DNA of 54,001 bases, filler included, from Squatina squatina (taxonomy: Eukaryota), in the NCBI GenBank assembly GCA_031763465.1. It is 3 parts of 3 records of this genome, joined end to end, with 100 filler letters (N's around TTAATTAATTAA, not from the genome) between each part and the next. Parts side by side here need not be neighbours in the genome. Positions count along the whole stretch, not along the records: positions 35,678 to 54,001 come from JARFOE010000194.1; 2 more parts are not named here. One strand, written 5' to 3'. Positions within the stretch are counted from its first letter, which is position 1, and each line of letters starts with the position of its first letter. The translations under genes and the position numbers were made by a program. Positions 35,690 through 49,442 of the stretch are shown piece after piece. Below the pieces are notes generated by a model. The model was not told the origin of the DNA. It was given only the letters and a program-made list of their open reading frames with translations, and made no database searches.

Positions 35690-35850
35690 AGGTCAATTTA
35701 ATGTTTGATCTAATGGACCTCACCTTTGATAATGCAGTACTCCCTCAGTACGGCACTGGAGTGTCGCTCTTGATAATGTGCTCAAGAACTAAATTGGATC
35801 TTGAACCCACAATCTACTGACTTAGAGGTGAGAGTGTTACCAATTGAATC
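35690..35850 (-). mobile_element. DeuSINE (SacSINE1-like) 5' part
   Basis: Reverse complement has a tRNA-like head (ttggtaacactctcacctctaagtcagtagattgtgggttcaag, with a GTTCAAG B box) then gacactccagtgccgtactgagggagtactgca. Confidence 0.7.
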
Positions 35851-36101
35851 AAACTAATACGTGCAATCAGACACACATGGTGAATAATAAAAAGAGACAT
35901 GTAAGAAACTCCTCGCCAGACAACAAAGATGTTCAACACCGACAAAAACAAGAGTTTATTTAAGATAGCAAAGCTTTCAGCATTGATCACTGTGTTTTTA
36001 ATGTATGTGGGAGCATTGTGTTTCTATCAAGCAAAAAATTATACATACTTACCAAGATTGGGATTTACAATGTAGCTAGTAAGTGGAACACTGTTGTTTA
36101 C

Positions 36102-36209
36102 CTGTTCCAGACCTTCCTCCTTTAGACTAATAATATCCAAATCGAAATCTTTCCGCAGACCGTCAGTTCTATTGAAGGTGATGCGTCCCGTCAGGCCATC
36201 CCACTGAGT
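36102..36209 (-). CDS. GRIK1: Kainate receptor GluK1 exon (end of amino-terminal domain): [36 protein letters not shown]
   Basis: Matches GRIK1 [36 protein letters not shown] as recalled; 108 nt, phase 0-0; ttgtcctttag|ACT ... CAG|gtaaac. Confidence 0.92.
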
Positions 36210-36964
36210 CTAAAGGACAATATTACAATCAGTTTCACTTCAGTTACCACTAGATTGAACAGAAGGGTAAACCAATCATATATATGCATAGTTTGTCTAA
36301 GAGTGTAGGCCTCCAAATCAGTATCAGTTTACACTCTAATGGGCACGGAGTGGGTATATTTTAGTTTAGTGCTCACGGTAGACATTCATTCAATAGGAGT
36401 CCAAATTGGCAATTTAGGCCTGGAGGTCAGCACGCTCAATTTGTTTCTCGCTCAATATTCCAGACATCAATATTTAGCCAAAGCACTAAATTTGCCTGGA
36501 ATGTTCTATTGTAGAAGTCGTTATCATTCTCGATATTCTGGTTAATGCAAGTATATTTGCAGGATGAGTTTTTCATTTTTATTAACCTATTTTGTCATGA
36601 GGGAGGGCTGGAAAAACAAAAAGGTTGCTGCACTCATCTCAAACTCAATAGAAATGTGTTAAGAGATTTTACTGGCACACATCTGCAATACTTTAACTGT
36701 CCTTAACCCCTGCACCAGCACAAATTGTACGGAGGATTGAATAGAATACATTGTCCATGATAGTAACATACACTTAAGGTTTGAATGCCAGTCACATAAC
36801 AGATCAGCACAGAATGCCATACTACCAGCAGCAACTCATCAAGCTGCCAAATAGGTTAAGCCATNNNNNNNNNNNNNNNNNNNNNNNNNNNNNNNNNNNN
36901 NNNNNNNNNNNNNNNNNNNNNNNNNNNNNNNNNNNNNNNNNNNNNNNNNNNNNNNNNNNNNNNN

Positions 36965-37040
36965 CATGATCCTATTGAATGGCGGAGCAGGCTCGAAGGG
37001 CTGAATGGCCTACTCCTGCTCCTATTTTCTATGTTTCTAT
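36965..37040 (+). mobile_element. CR1 (HER1-like) 3' tail
   Basis: gaatggcggagcaggctcgaagggctgaatggcctactcctgctcctattttctatgtttctat. Confidence 0.8.
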
Positions 37041-39098
37041 CAGTTTGAGCTGGAATTAAATGCAGATTGCAGAAATAAAAAGGCCATGTACCAATTCTAC
37101 ACCACCCAATTCACAAGACCATTGGAATTTGCTAAACATTCTCAATCACAGAACATGCAGAAAATTGATTTCTATGCATTTCAATGTTTCCAGGCAATAG
37201 TAAGGATTTCAATATGCACGCTTAAATATTCAAATTCTACTATTCTTGGAAATGAACTCAAAACAAAATGTAAAGCAGAAATGCTATTGCGCTTCTCAAA
37301 GGGTTAATAGTGAATGTGATTATTGGTGAAAAATTCTGACAGTGGCTGCCAAAAGCTAAAATAAGCTGTACTGGGTGATATAGAGCCACGCATGATAAAC
37401 AAGAACCACCTTGCAATTTACATACGTTTTAACGTGACTGCAGATTATTTACGCTTTTTCCAGAGTTTGGGCTGACATTCTAAGTGATATATTAAAGAGA
37501 GATTGAGCCTGTGCTGATGATTAGAAGGGTGTCAATATATCACTCTAATAGGTTTAAGAGCAACATATGCTGCTGTAATATATCACCAATACTTAGCAGT
37601 TACAGTGCAGACGCTGGGCTGCAGCATGACCAGATGTTATTTATTGCCCAATGTGAAGCACTCCAAAATGAATGCCATTTCAACTTCCGAGTTATTTTCT
37701 AAAAGAGCAAAACTAGCTCAGAACTTTCAAGTGCTCCTGATAGAGATGCTGTCATTTACGGCATTTTTCTGAATATTAATACAGCCATCATGTAATATGA
37801 AATTGTTTCTGAATGATTTATAACTTGCATCTTGACAACGAGAGGTTACATGGGAGAGTACAGTTGGATTTGATAGTGATAATGGGGTTGTGTGTATATT
37901 CAGGGTTAGTAGAATTCCATCTATTCAACCCCAGATATCAAGGTGGGGGACACTGATGCAAGCATTATGAAGTAGATGAGCTACGACTCAGAAAAGACAA
38001 CTCCACCTGTACAGCCTCTAGTATGAGGACGAGGGTACTGAATACAGGCTTACAGATGTCAGTGCTATAGGAGGGAGAGTTCTGATGATTGGCTTGTGTG
38101 TTAAAGCACACAAGGGAGGTACTCTATCTGCAGACTGTATGGGACAGCTGTATAATTCCCATGCTGCTTCTGTGCTTAGCTTATCTGATAATATAGGGTT
38201 AGAGTGGGGCTGTGACTCACCCGTAGAGCAGATCTGTCTTGCAAAACTAACTAATATATGTTTCCGTAATACAGTCACAGTCAAAAGGGGCCCAGATTTG
38301 CTTCTGAAATCAGTGTTAAAACACAGGGCAGGTCAGGGCGAAAGCTGGGCTTGGACCCAGGCACACCAAGTTCCTGCCCATCAGAATTTACAAATGAGCT
38401 GGGGGNNNNNNNNNNNNNNNNNNNNNNNNNNNNNNNNNNNNNNNNNNNNNNNNNNNNNNNNNNNNNNNNNNNNNNNNNNNNNNNNNNNNNNNNNNNNNNN
38501 NNNNNAGCTTGCCCCTACATTACTCTGTACCATCATGCCACCTACCATGGTTTTCAGATCTCAATCTGTAAATCTCAGTTCATTCCCTCGGCACTTTCCC
38601 TCCATCTCTCACATCTGTGAGGATGAATGATAGGTATATACACAATAGAGATATTGATTCTTGCAAACAGTTACTGAATCAAGGTGAGTAATAGGTTTGC
38701 TCTGATATTGTTACAAAGGTCAAGGGAATGTAAAATAAAATAAAGGACTTGTGTAAAAGCTTTGAAAAATGTAAACTAGAACTGCATTGTATTTTGTTCA
38801 TCTTTCATATGCTTTGTTACCAGTGTTCAGTGTTAGTCTGCCTTTTCAATTCACTGCAGATTCGACATAACATTTCTAAGTGCTCTGCTGAGCTCCCATA
38901 CATACACATGCTGCATTAAAACATAAAGAATGATTTTCCATCAACTTGGATATAGAATATTATGAAGAAAAATGAGAGAGATGTGTACTTTCACATTTAT
39001 TCTGTGAGTAGTCAGTTAAAGGACTGCAGTTTTATTACACAAGAAAAACATTCCAGACATCCAAAAAGAACCAACAGAGTATAGAAGACTTCCATCAC

Positions 39099-39280
39099 CT
39101 GTTTCAATATTTGGGCTGCAGTTGCGTATGTACAGTCGAATATCACGTAGAACTCCTTCCCCCTTTTCATTTGCTTCAGAAGAGGCTTAGCGTCTCTATT
39201 ACCTGATGGCAACTGGCGAATTTTAACTTTAATGTTGTACCTGGAGGGGGCTTTCATTAATTCCTGTAAGCGAATGAGAC
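39099..39280 (-). CDS. GRIK1: GluK1 amino-terminal domain exon: (G)[60 protein letters not shown]
   Basis: [12 protein letters not shown] and KEFYVIFDC fit GRIK1 rather than GRIK2 (NLRLKIRQLPADT, KEFHVIFDC); 182 nt; tttgctctag|GT ... CAG|gtgatg. Confidence 0.93.
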
Positions 39281-39539
39281 CTAGAGCAAAAGAAAAGTAC
39301 AACACTTAACAATTCAATTTGTATAACTGTACAGACTTTAAAAAAGCTCTGCTTGATTTACTAATTAGCCATCTATAGCTCAATTTTTCAAATTTATAAC
39401 ACATCTTAAAGAAAAAATGTAATCTTTTCTACAGATCGTNNNNNNNNNNNNNNNNNNNNNNNNNNNNNNNNNNNNNNNNNNNNNNNNNNNNNNNNNNNNN
39501 NNNNNNNNNNNNNNNNNNNNNNNNNNNNNNNNNNNNNNN

Positions 39540-39760
39540 GTTGTGAATCTTTGGAATTCTCTTCCTCAGAGGGCTGTGGATGCTGAGTATATTCAAGACT
39601 GAGATAGATAGATTTTTGGACTCCAGGGGAATTAAGGGATATGGAGATCGGGTGGGAAAGTGGAGCTGAGGTCAATGATCAGCCACAATCTTATTGAATG
39701 GCAGAGCAGGCTCGAGGGGTATATGGCCTGCTCCTGCTCCTATTTCTTATGTCCTTATGG
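39540..39760 (+). mobile_element. CR1 (HER1-like) LINE 3' end
   Basis: VVNLWNSLPQRAVDA-type coding end followed by the conserved tail. Confidence 0.85.
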
Positions 39761-39774
39761 TTCGGGTACAGTTG

Positions 39775-40475
39775 TGGTACATTTCCATGAGGGGAAAAGG
39801 CAGGGCAACTAAAGCCAGAGCTCCCTGGATGATGAAAGAGAAAGAGAATAAGATGAAGCAGAAAAAGGGCACATATGACAGATGTCAGGTTGAGAGTGCA
39901 AGTACGAATCAGGCTGAATATAGAAAGTTCAGAGGGGAAGTGAAGAAAAAAATAAGCGGGTCAAAGATAGATTATGAGAATAGATTGGCAGCTAACATGA
40001 GAGGTAATTCAAAAGTCTTCTACAGGCATATAAATAAAAAACAGTTAGTAAGGTAGGAGGGGGGTGGGGCCGATTAGGGACCAAAAAGGAGACCTGTGCA
40101 CGGAGGCAGAGGGCATGGTTGAGGTACTAAATGAGTATTTTGCATCTGTCTACCCAAGGAAGGTGCTACCAAAGTCAGAGTGAAAGAGGAGGTAGTGAAG
40201 ATACTGGATGAGATAAAAATTGATAAATAGGAGATACTAGAAAGGCTGGCTGTACTTAAAGTTGATAAATCACCAGGACTGGATGGGATGAATCCTAGGA
40301 TGCGGAGGAAAGTTAAGGAGGAAATCATGGAGGTATTGGTCATAATCTTCCAATCCTCCTTATATACAGGGGTGATGCCAGATGACTGGAGAACTGCAAA
40401 TGTTACACACTTGTTCAAACAAGTATGTAACAATAAAGCTAGCAACTACAGGTGTTCAGTTTAACCTCGGTAATG
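39775..40475 (+). mobile_element. CR1 LINE ORF2 fragment (endonuclease-RT linker and RT start)
   Basis: PWM..E......KK..Y...., NSKVFYRHINKK, EVLNEYFASV, KVDKSPGLDGMNPR, IFQSSL.TGVMPDDWRTANVT.LFK. Confidence 0.9.
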
Positions 40476-42714
40476 NNNNNNNNNNNNNNNNNNNNNNNNN
40501 NNNNNNNNNNNNNNNNNNNNNNNNNNNNNNNNNNNNNNNNNNNNNNNNNNNNNNNNNNNNNNNNNNNNNNNNNNNTAAAGTATCTGTCACTTAGACTTTG
40601 ATTAATGTTGCATCCCTCTGGTGCGTAACCATTTTCCAATATGTCTTCCCCAATACTCAGAACATAGACTGAGGTCAGTGTAGCAGCTTGCAAGTAAATA
40701 AAAGGCAAGTTCTCAGTTCAATAAGCAGCTAATAAATGTACTTTATGCACCTGCCAGATAACTGGTTATAAAAAATAGGAAATACAGCTTGTGAAGACGA
40801 CTGAAAGCCACACATGTGCTGTGATTGCACGCAGGTTCAGCAGCAGGCAAAATAATCTACAATGTGCTCCTAAAGGGTGACAGCACGAAAAGTTCTTTGA
40901 TTCAAATGGCAATGTTTACAGAATGTTAATGACCCGTCTACATTAAAAGTGGAAATGGTAAATTTGTTCCATGTATTTTGATTCTAATATATCTCACAAA
41001 GACCTTTGCACGTATTGCTCTGAAATGTTCATGTTCTTATTCTGAAGGGGTAACTTTGCTATGCTGAAGTCAGCGATACTTAAATCTTGCTTCCCTCTCT
41101 CAAAGGCATTGCGGTAATTCCACTCAACCTGTTCCATTGTGTTAACAGCAACTTTACCAGGAGTTTTGAGAAACATGTTTCCAAGGAAACTGTGCAGTGC
41201 ACTTGTGAAACACAAAAGAGAATTTCCAGCTTAATGGGCACACTGCACTTCTTTATATTTAGCTGTCTCACTGGGAACCGTAGGCCTGATGTGTAGCATA
41301 TTTACCAATAGTGACTGTTCTATGCTGCAACAATGGGACTGCAGACCAATGAAAGTAATGAAGTATTGTGCTGGTGCTGTGGCAACAACTTCAAACCTGA
41401 TAGCTGAAATGTCTCACTGTGCACTCAATCCTAGTCATTACAACAGACCAGCACTTATCAGATTAACAGACTACGCAATTAACTTTTCCCATTCGTTTTG
41501 TTCATATTATTGTTTTTCATTTTCTGGCTTCTGTAACAATAGCTTTAAGATGTCAAATAAATACAAAACACTTCAGAGNNNNNNNNNNNNNNNNNNNNNN
41601 NNNNNNNNNNNNNNNNNNNNNNNNNNNNNNNNNNNNNNNNNNNNNNNNNNNNNNNNNNNNNNNNNNNNNNNNNNNNNNATGGCGGTGTCCAAAGAGAAAT
41701 GATTCTGGTGTTGCTGGGCTGGCCCTATTTTGAAGGACTAATAAGGGTGGCACTGGGTTGCCTCAGTGTCATCAAACAGTAATTAGCACAAGTGATCCTT
41801 TGAGGGCTCCATTAATACATGAAAGAAACATACGATCCAATCAAACTAAACTAAGCGCAACATAAGCATAAAAGGTCCCAACAAAAGCAAGGGAACCTTT
41901 CCAACTAAATCATAATGTTATGAATGTCTACAAGACATTCTATTCCCTGCGGTGCCTACCGATCGTGAAAGAGTTGCTGAGCTGGGAGCACAGTGTCACT
42001 TGAGGCTTTTTAATTTTGTACTTGCATCCTCTCTCTAAGTTTGTAGTACAAGTTAAATAACCTGCTTGCATCTACATTATGTTGGCAATTAAACCAGGAT
42101 CTGGTGATGCGGCATCACAATCATTGCAGTGATCTATTCGATAAGCTCTCCTGCTGGATTGGGCAATTATATAGCTGCTGCTTCATTGTAGTTGCCACAT
42201 TTTTGTTCCTGTTTGCATTTCAGTCCAGTGGATTAGTTGATGTTTGAAGGCGGATTAATTGATTGCGTTTTTAGTTCTCATTTAAGTTGAGGGATGTGAC
42301 AGCACTGGCAGGTAGAGTATTTTTTTTAGATATATTGAGCGCATCTCTGGCAGGTTTAGGGAATATATTGTAATAGTCAGGAATAATACATTGTTCACAC
42401 AATGCAAGCTGAACCATACTTTTAAATTTAATTCTGGGTGTACTGGTCCAAGACTTGACTGTCCCATAATGTGCAATCCTGCTCAGTAATTCAAAGTGCT
42501 TGATTTGTGCTGCTCGATGCTGACAGTTATGTCAAGTCACGAGCAAAATCGAGAAATAGAGATGAAAAACTGCAGCGGTGTATTGTTACATTTCTCCTGG
42601 TCTGTCAGACTGTTGAATGGATTATTAAAAATCATGTCCTGAACTTAAACCAGTGGACTCTTCAACTCCAGTTTAAAGATGTCATTGCTGTTATAGTTAT
42701 AATGGGATTTTCAG

Positions 42715-43160
42715 AGTAGAGATTATGTACACACAGGAGTAGGCTATTCAGCCCATCAACCTTAACCCATCATTTTGTTAGCCATGGCAGCTCTATCTTT
42801 TAATCTCTCAATTTTCCACTCTTGCTCCATATCCCTTAATCTCCTTACTTCCCAAGTTAGTATCAATCACCCTTAAACATCTCAACTGGTTCTTTTTGTA
42901 TGACCCTCTGGGACATTATTTCTACAGCCTCACAACCCAATATGTGCCAAGAGTTTTATTGGGTTTACCTTTAACCAACTTTGTTCGCATTTCAAGATCA
43001 TGTTCCCTTGTTTGGATTCCCCTACTAGAGGGAAGGCCTTTCCTTAACTACCATGTCAATATCCTATTTTAAACACATTAATTGGAGCACCTTTTAACCT
43101 CCTGGAAATAAAACCAAGATTTATCCAGCCTCTCATTTTAACTAAGTCCCTTCATTCTAG
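42715..43160 (-). mobile_element. Old CR1 LINE 3' end
   Basis: aggagtaggctattcagccc is the reverse complement of the CR1 tail, followed by decayed ORF2 C-terminal sequence. Confidence 0.6.
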
Positions 43161-44369
43161 GCATCATATTGAATAACTGCTTAATTTGTTGCCAAACTCA
43201 GGATAGCGCCAAGAAACTCGGGTCTACTTGCAGATAAAATAGCAGATATGCCAATACTGGAGTACTTGATGAACAACTTAATGATTCCTACATGCACTTG
43301 CTCTAATTAGGGTATTTCCACAAATTCTGTCTGTGTATTACAAGTAGCCCTCACTAACTGAAGACAGTAACTGATAGAATTTCTTTTCTCTNNNNNNNNN
43401 NNNNNNNNNNNNNNNNNNNNNNNNNNNNNNNNNNNNNNNNNNNNNNNNNNNNNNNNNNNNNNNNNNNNNNNNNNNNNNNNNNNNNNNNNNNTTTCTAGAG
43501 CAAAGACATCCACCCCTATACATGCCATTGATATAAGGGGTGGTGTAACTAGGGGCAGAAAGTCTAAATTTAATTGGGACCCAGCGTATGAATGCCACAG
43601 ATACGTCTGGTGAGCTTAGGCACACCAAGTGAGCCAGGAACAGATGCGGGATCCAATTGAGGGTTCAAGCCAGGTCCATGGCCTGGACCTCTGAAACTTC
43701 AGAAATCCATTTTTAATTAATTTTTGAAATGGCTCCCTTTGTAAGGCATAGTGAGACATTGCAGGTGTGTGTCAGTCGATCAGTATGAACTGGTCTTTTA
43801 TTTTACCTCCACCTTTTGAATTGCATCTCATACCAGGAACTGAATAGTGAGGATTTGAATGGGCATCCTCCCTCCTCCCATTCTGTGAAACGGCATGTTG
43901 GTGCTCCAACTTACTGTTGGCTTATAGTGTTAACAAGCAAGATGTTATCACCATTGTACTGCTGTAAAATGGAGTTAGTGCTACAAAGCCACAGGCTAAT
44001 TGTACTGCACAGAGTGAAAACAGAGCATTAGATTCTAATCCCTCTATTCTTTGTAGCACATTCTTTCCTAATTTATGCTACAATGCAAAGAGGAAGGACT
44101 AGTAAAGCAGTATTAACATGGCACAGCTAGTCTTACTAATGTTATTTTATCTACAATGGTGCATTTACCTTCACCAGAAAGTGGTCCAGTGCCTCTCCAT
44201 ATGGCTAGTAAAAGAATTGCTTATCGAAGGTGTGAGATACAGTTGTCAGGTTGTTGAACCTGTAATGAAAAATTAAGTCCTCCACATACAGATTTCTTAG
44301 AAACATATTGCGTTACTTAGCAACATAATTTCTCTAAATGCCGGTTTGGAGAAAAGTGCATTGTGCTAG

Positions 44370-45620
44370 ATCCACAAAACACATCCACAGAAGACACCCA
44401 CAAAATACACTACACCCAGAAAATACACCCACAAAATACACTACACCAACAAAAAACACTACACCCACAAAATACAACACGCCCAGAAAATACACCAAAC
44501 CCACAAAACACACCCACAAAATACACTACACCCACAAAATACACCACAGCCACAAAATACACCGCACCCACAAAATACACCCATAAAATATACTGCACCC
44601 ACAAAATACAATACGCCCAGAAAATACACCAAACCCACAAAATACACCCACAAAATACACCACAGCCACAAATTACACCCACAATATACACCACACCCAC
44701 AAAATACACCCATAAAATATACTGCACCCACAAAATACAATACACCCAGAAAATACACCACACCCACAAAATACACCCACAAAATACACCCACAAAATAC
44801 ACCACACCCACAAAATACACCCAGAAAATATACTCCACCCAGAAAATACAATACACCCAGAAAATACACCACACCCATAAAATACACGCACAAAATACAT
44901 CATAGCCACAAAACACACCCACAAAATACACCACACCCACAAAACACCCCCACAAAATACACTGCACCCACGAAATATACCCAAAAATACACCACACCCA
45001 CAAAATACACCACACCCACAAAATACACCCCCAAAATACACTGCACCCACGAAATATACCCAAAAATACACCACACCCACAAAATACACTCAAAGTATAC
45101 TACACCCAGAAAATACACCACACCCACAAAATACACTACACCGACAAAATACAATACACCCACAAAATTCACCCACACAATACACTACACCTACAAAATA
45201 CACCCACAAAATACACCACAGCCACAAATTACACCCACAAAATACAACACACCCACAATATACATCACACCCACAAAATACATCCACACCGCAAAATACA
45301 CCCACAACAGACACCCACAAAATACACTACACCTGCTAAATAGACCCACAAAATACACCCAAAAAATACACCACACCCACAAAATACACCCACAAAATAC
45401 ACCTCAGCCTCAAATTACACCCACAAAATACACCACACCCACAAAATACACCCACAAAATACACCATGGCCACAAAATACACCCACAAAATATACCACAC
45501 CCATAGAATATAGTACACCCATAAAATACACCGACAAAATAAAATACACCCACAAAATACACCACACCCAGAAAATACACACACAAAATACACCACAACC
45601 ACAAAATACACCACAAAATA
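44370..45620. repeat. 1.25-kb C/A-rich minisatellite, 13-18 bp units around CACCCACAAAATACAC
   Basis: Visible tandem array; it generates all the low-complexity ORFs between 44334 and 45655. Confidence 0.97.
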
Positions 45621-48600
45621 GGCCAGTTTGCAATGAAATCATGGCAGCGCAACATAATGATCAGTATAATCTAATCAAGACAAAAATTGAAATGTAACTT
45701 GACTCAATCTAATATATTTACTTTTAAATAAAACCAACTCTTTTAAAGGGGTAGAAATTCCCTCTTTTTCAAATCAAGAGGTAAAATATGAGGAGAAACG
45801 GCAGCAAGAAATCAAATCATTTACACTTTTCAAATCTGCTGCTGTATACACTTTCTTCATTTTCCTTTCTCCTCATCTTTCCATCTGTCTAGTTTCTGTA
45901 CAGGACTTACTTTGGTCTACATGTTTTTTTCATTTTATCTCTGTTTTTGTTCTTACAGGCAAGAACAGATTGCAATTAACATTCATTACTATTAGCAGTG
46001 AATGCAAGATCTGGCAGAAACAGAGATGAGGGCCAGCCAAGAAGACACAGAATCATTAAATAGGGGGAAAGTTAGAGAACTGGGTTGAGAAAATATAGAG
46101 GCAGTAGGGCATGAGATGGGCAGAATAACAGTACAGAAAAAAACAGACTACATGGAGAAAAATGTTCAGTTTTATGCTACAAATGATTGAATGAATAATA
46201 TTTCATTCAGGCCAGATAAAATTTTAATGCTGAAATCATGTAATTGTACATTTTTGTAACTGCCTTTTAATGGTTAGTTGTAACACAAAAAAGGAAGGTA
46301 GAAATGTAATTAAATGCACTATGAATTCTGAGCTATTGCCTAGAATTTCCTTTCATGACTATCATCCATCTGCTTTTGCCTGTAAGAATAAAAGCAGACA
46401 AGAAATGAAAAGTCGGATAAGCTATAACAAAGGCAAATCTGGATTTCTTCAGTATTTCAGGATGCATTTTATTATTAAAGGCAAAAGGATGAGGTTAAGA
46501 TTGTTCATAATTTCAATAGAAAAATGACAGTATCAATAATTTCTATTTTTAAGGTATTTTGCAATTTACATGCCAAAATAAAGAAAAACATTGCTGATGT
46601 TTGATTAGTAGCTGTTTCATTAATATCCCATCTGAGCCTGAAATGGTTATTCATCTCCCTCTGCTTTTTGGTAGTTTATTTTCTTATCTTCATTGTTGCC
46701 CCTTCCATAATCTGCTTCCAGCATATACATCATATGATAAAACCCAGGTTTCACCAGTGCTGCTCTTCAGCTAGGTACAAGGTTTCTCTGCCCTTCCAAT
46801 GGGGAAGTAGTTATCCTCCACTAGGCACTCCCCATTGTAGCATGGGTGAGGTGAGAAATTCACCGTGGCCTCTCTCAGTTGTGTCCATTCCAATTGTACA
46901 CCCATTCCATCTCCAATGAGCTATATCAACCATGCCATACTCCCAAAACATGTCTTATTATGGTTCACCCCTCTTCCATCCTTAGGCTCCTCCATATCAT
47001 GCATTGTTCTACAATTAAAAGGATGGGAAAATAACTACAGGTATTCCTTCAGCTCACCCCTAAGGAAGCACCCTCAATAATTGCCATTTCGTACCTCCCG
47101 CATACAGCCCAGCTGAGACCAGGAGCTCCATCTGCTGGGATGTTCACGACAGCAGCATTGTTTTTTTACCTGCCACCCTTGGGCAAGTACCCTCCACTTG
47201 GTGCCTCTTCCACACAGCACAGCTGAGATCAGGAACACTTCATGTAGGAAGGAGATCCTATGTACATCCAGTCTACCGCGCGGCCTGCTAATACTGCCGT
47301 GGTGTTTATCTCATGAACACACACAAATTCAGAGGGATTTATTCAACACTATTAATCACTACCCTCTTTTCAAAAGCTGAGCCAGATAGCTCATATGAAC
47401 ACACAGCTAACCAACCGCTCTGCCATTAATAATATCCCTCTCCCGAATAGCAAACAGGTTTAAGTAATGGACCTGTCCATCTATCTGAGTGTCGATGTGA
47501 AAATGTCAGAAGCAAAGTAACTCAGGAATGGCTCCATAGATCTAGTATGATTTCTTTATGGACAACTCTCCCAGGAGAATTAGATTCTTTAATTGCCAAT
47601 TTGTGTTCTTTTGGATTTTAAAAATAATCAAGAAAAATGGCAGCAGCACTCGAAATTCTGAGTTAAAAATGGCAGTAATGGGAACTGTGGGTGATCTGTT
47701 TTAATTGCAAAATCTTTTGGCATTAGCTTTAATATTAATACATTTCATCAATGGAAAATGGCATCTCATTAATGCGTTGCATAAAAGAACAATTTTAGTT
47801 TCTGTGATGCAAAAAAGAAAAAATGCAGAAGTTCCCCAATTTCATACCATGGTAAGCTTTGGACACTACAGACACTAAAAGGGTTTGAGGCACTGATCAA
47901 CATCTTCATGGAGTTCTCAGTCCTCCCATTNNNNNNNNNNNNNNNNNNNNNNNNNNNNNNNNNNCCCCTCCAGGTTTCGCATTCCAGCGAGGAACTGCAA
48001 AGGAGCTGTCCTTTCTGCTGACTTTTATTAGCAGACAAGTGCTGAATAAACTAGCTCATAGCAGGAAAAAAACTGAAAAATCATCTCAATTGAATGGCTG
48101 TGTGTTCTATTTAATTGACATGGGGACGCCAGATCCGATAATATGGAGTGGAAGCAATCCAGCTTGCCCCAGTGTATGGATGGATTCTTGTTTCAGTACA
48201 ATCTTGGGAAGCAAGCAGTCAGATCAAGCATTTCTGAGAAAAGAAGATTACAGGCCACTGCTTAACCCGCTTGGAAAAAAATAAACATACCATCAAATAT
48301 AATCAGAAAGTGTCCAGTCAACATCTGTGGCAGGAGAGTTCGAAGTTAGTAAATGGGGCATGTTAATTCGAAACTGAGCCATATGGAGCAGCTTAGATTA
48401 CGAGAAACGATTGAGGAGGGAGATGACTGATATTCAACAGATTTACTCACAGTAAATCCGGTAGCTATAATGCTTTAAGGATTAAGAAATCATTGAGGTT
48501 TAATTGAGACACATTCTCGGCGACCTTTTTCCGGTGGCTATCGATATCTGGAACTGGTGAACTCGGCGGGAAAATGCAGCCACCACCTGGGCCCCAGTCA

Positions 48601-49342
48601 CCCAGTCACCTAATGGTGAATACTGCAGCTACCACCATTGAATTAACATGTGTGGCCATACTAACTTGGGACTTGGACACATTTCCTCGCTCTTAACCTT
48701 TGGAATTAATGCAGCAGCTCCAGAANNNNNNNNNNCAATGATCCAATTGCTGGATTGTGTCTTCAGCTCAACCGCAGCGTGCTGAACATCCCAGATCTTT
48801 CTAAGCACAATAAACTGGACGAGAAGCAGCATTCTGGCGGCACACAAAAACATGCTCTTTTGAAAAAGACAGAACTACTCCAGAATATGGGCCGTGCTTG
48901 TTTAAGATTGTACAAGTCTTGTCGCATTTGGCGACCAATGCGATCCCTGTAACAATGAATCCAGAGACATTACTACATTAAAATCCATCAGGCTAGACAT
49001 AGTTCTTAGCGTAATCTGCGTTCTCCCGAGACTAGCCGGATCCGAAACCAGATCGGAGAAAGGCAACAATCCAGTCAATGCTGCAGACATGTTCTCAACT
49101 TTCCAAGTCATAGACCGGGGCTTCCTGTGTTAATAGTTTACCGCCTTATCTGCCACTAATTCCAGTTCTAGGAGACTCACAGAGTGTCACACAGACACGC
49201 ACTTTATTCCCATTTCCATCCAACACAAAAATCACTGAAGTTACTAAAAGCCTTCCTTTGCCGTTCAGAAAACACAAACGGTGGCTGCATTCATCACAAC
49301 AAGCAAGAAGCATTCAATGAAGCCAAGCTGGAAGAAACTTAC

Positions 49343-49442
49343 CGATCCTGAGGACTTGTTGAGAACTCTGCGAGGGCACTATACAGATATACAGCAATAG
49401 GTAAAGTGCAGCTTTTGTATTCCTAAATAACACCTTCGGATC
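49343..49442 (-). CDS. GRIK1: GluK1 first coding exon, 3' part (signal peptide; ATG in gap): DPKVLFRNTKAALYLLLYICIVPSQSSQQVLRI(G)
   Basis: Hydrophobic signal-like stretch ending QVLRI-G with phase-1 donor ATC G|gtaagt, as in human GRIK1 ...ALLYFLCYILPQTAPQVLRIG; same strand as and upstream of the other two exons. Confidence 0.88.

Noticed and set aside
44169-44259. Minus-strand segment with good splice sites (tttcattacag|...GAAG|gtaaat) inside GRIK1 intron sequence
   Set aside because: Stops in all three frames and no GRIK similarity; a poison exon cannot be excluded but nothing supports it.
44370-45620. CRISPR-like array
   Set aside because: No unique spacers between repeats, no cas genes, and the context is a vertebrate intron.
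44334-45655. Cluster of long overlapping ORFs (up to 227 aa) with repetitive peptides
   Set aside because: They are translations of the minisatellite, which is stop-poor in several frames; no splice or homology support.
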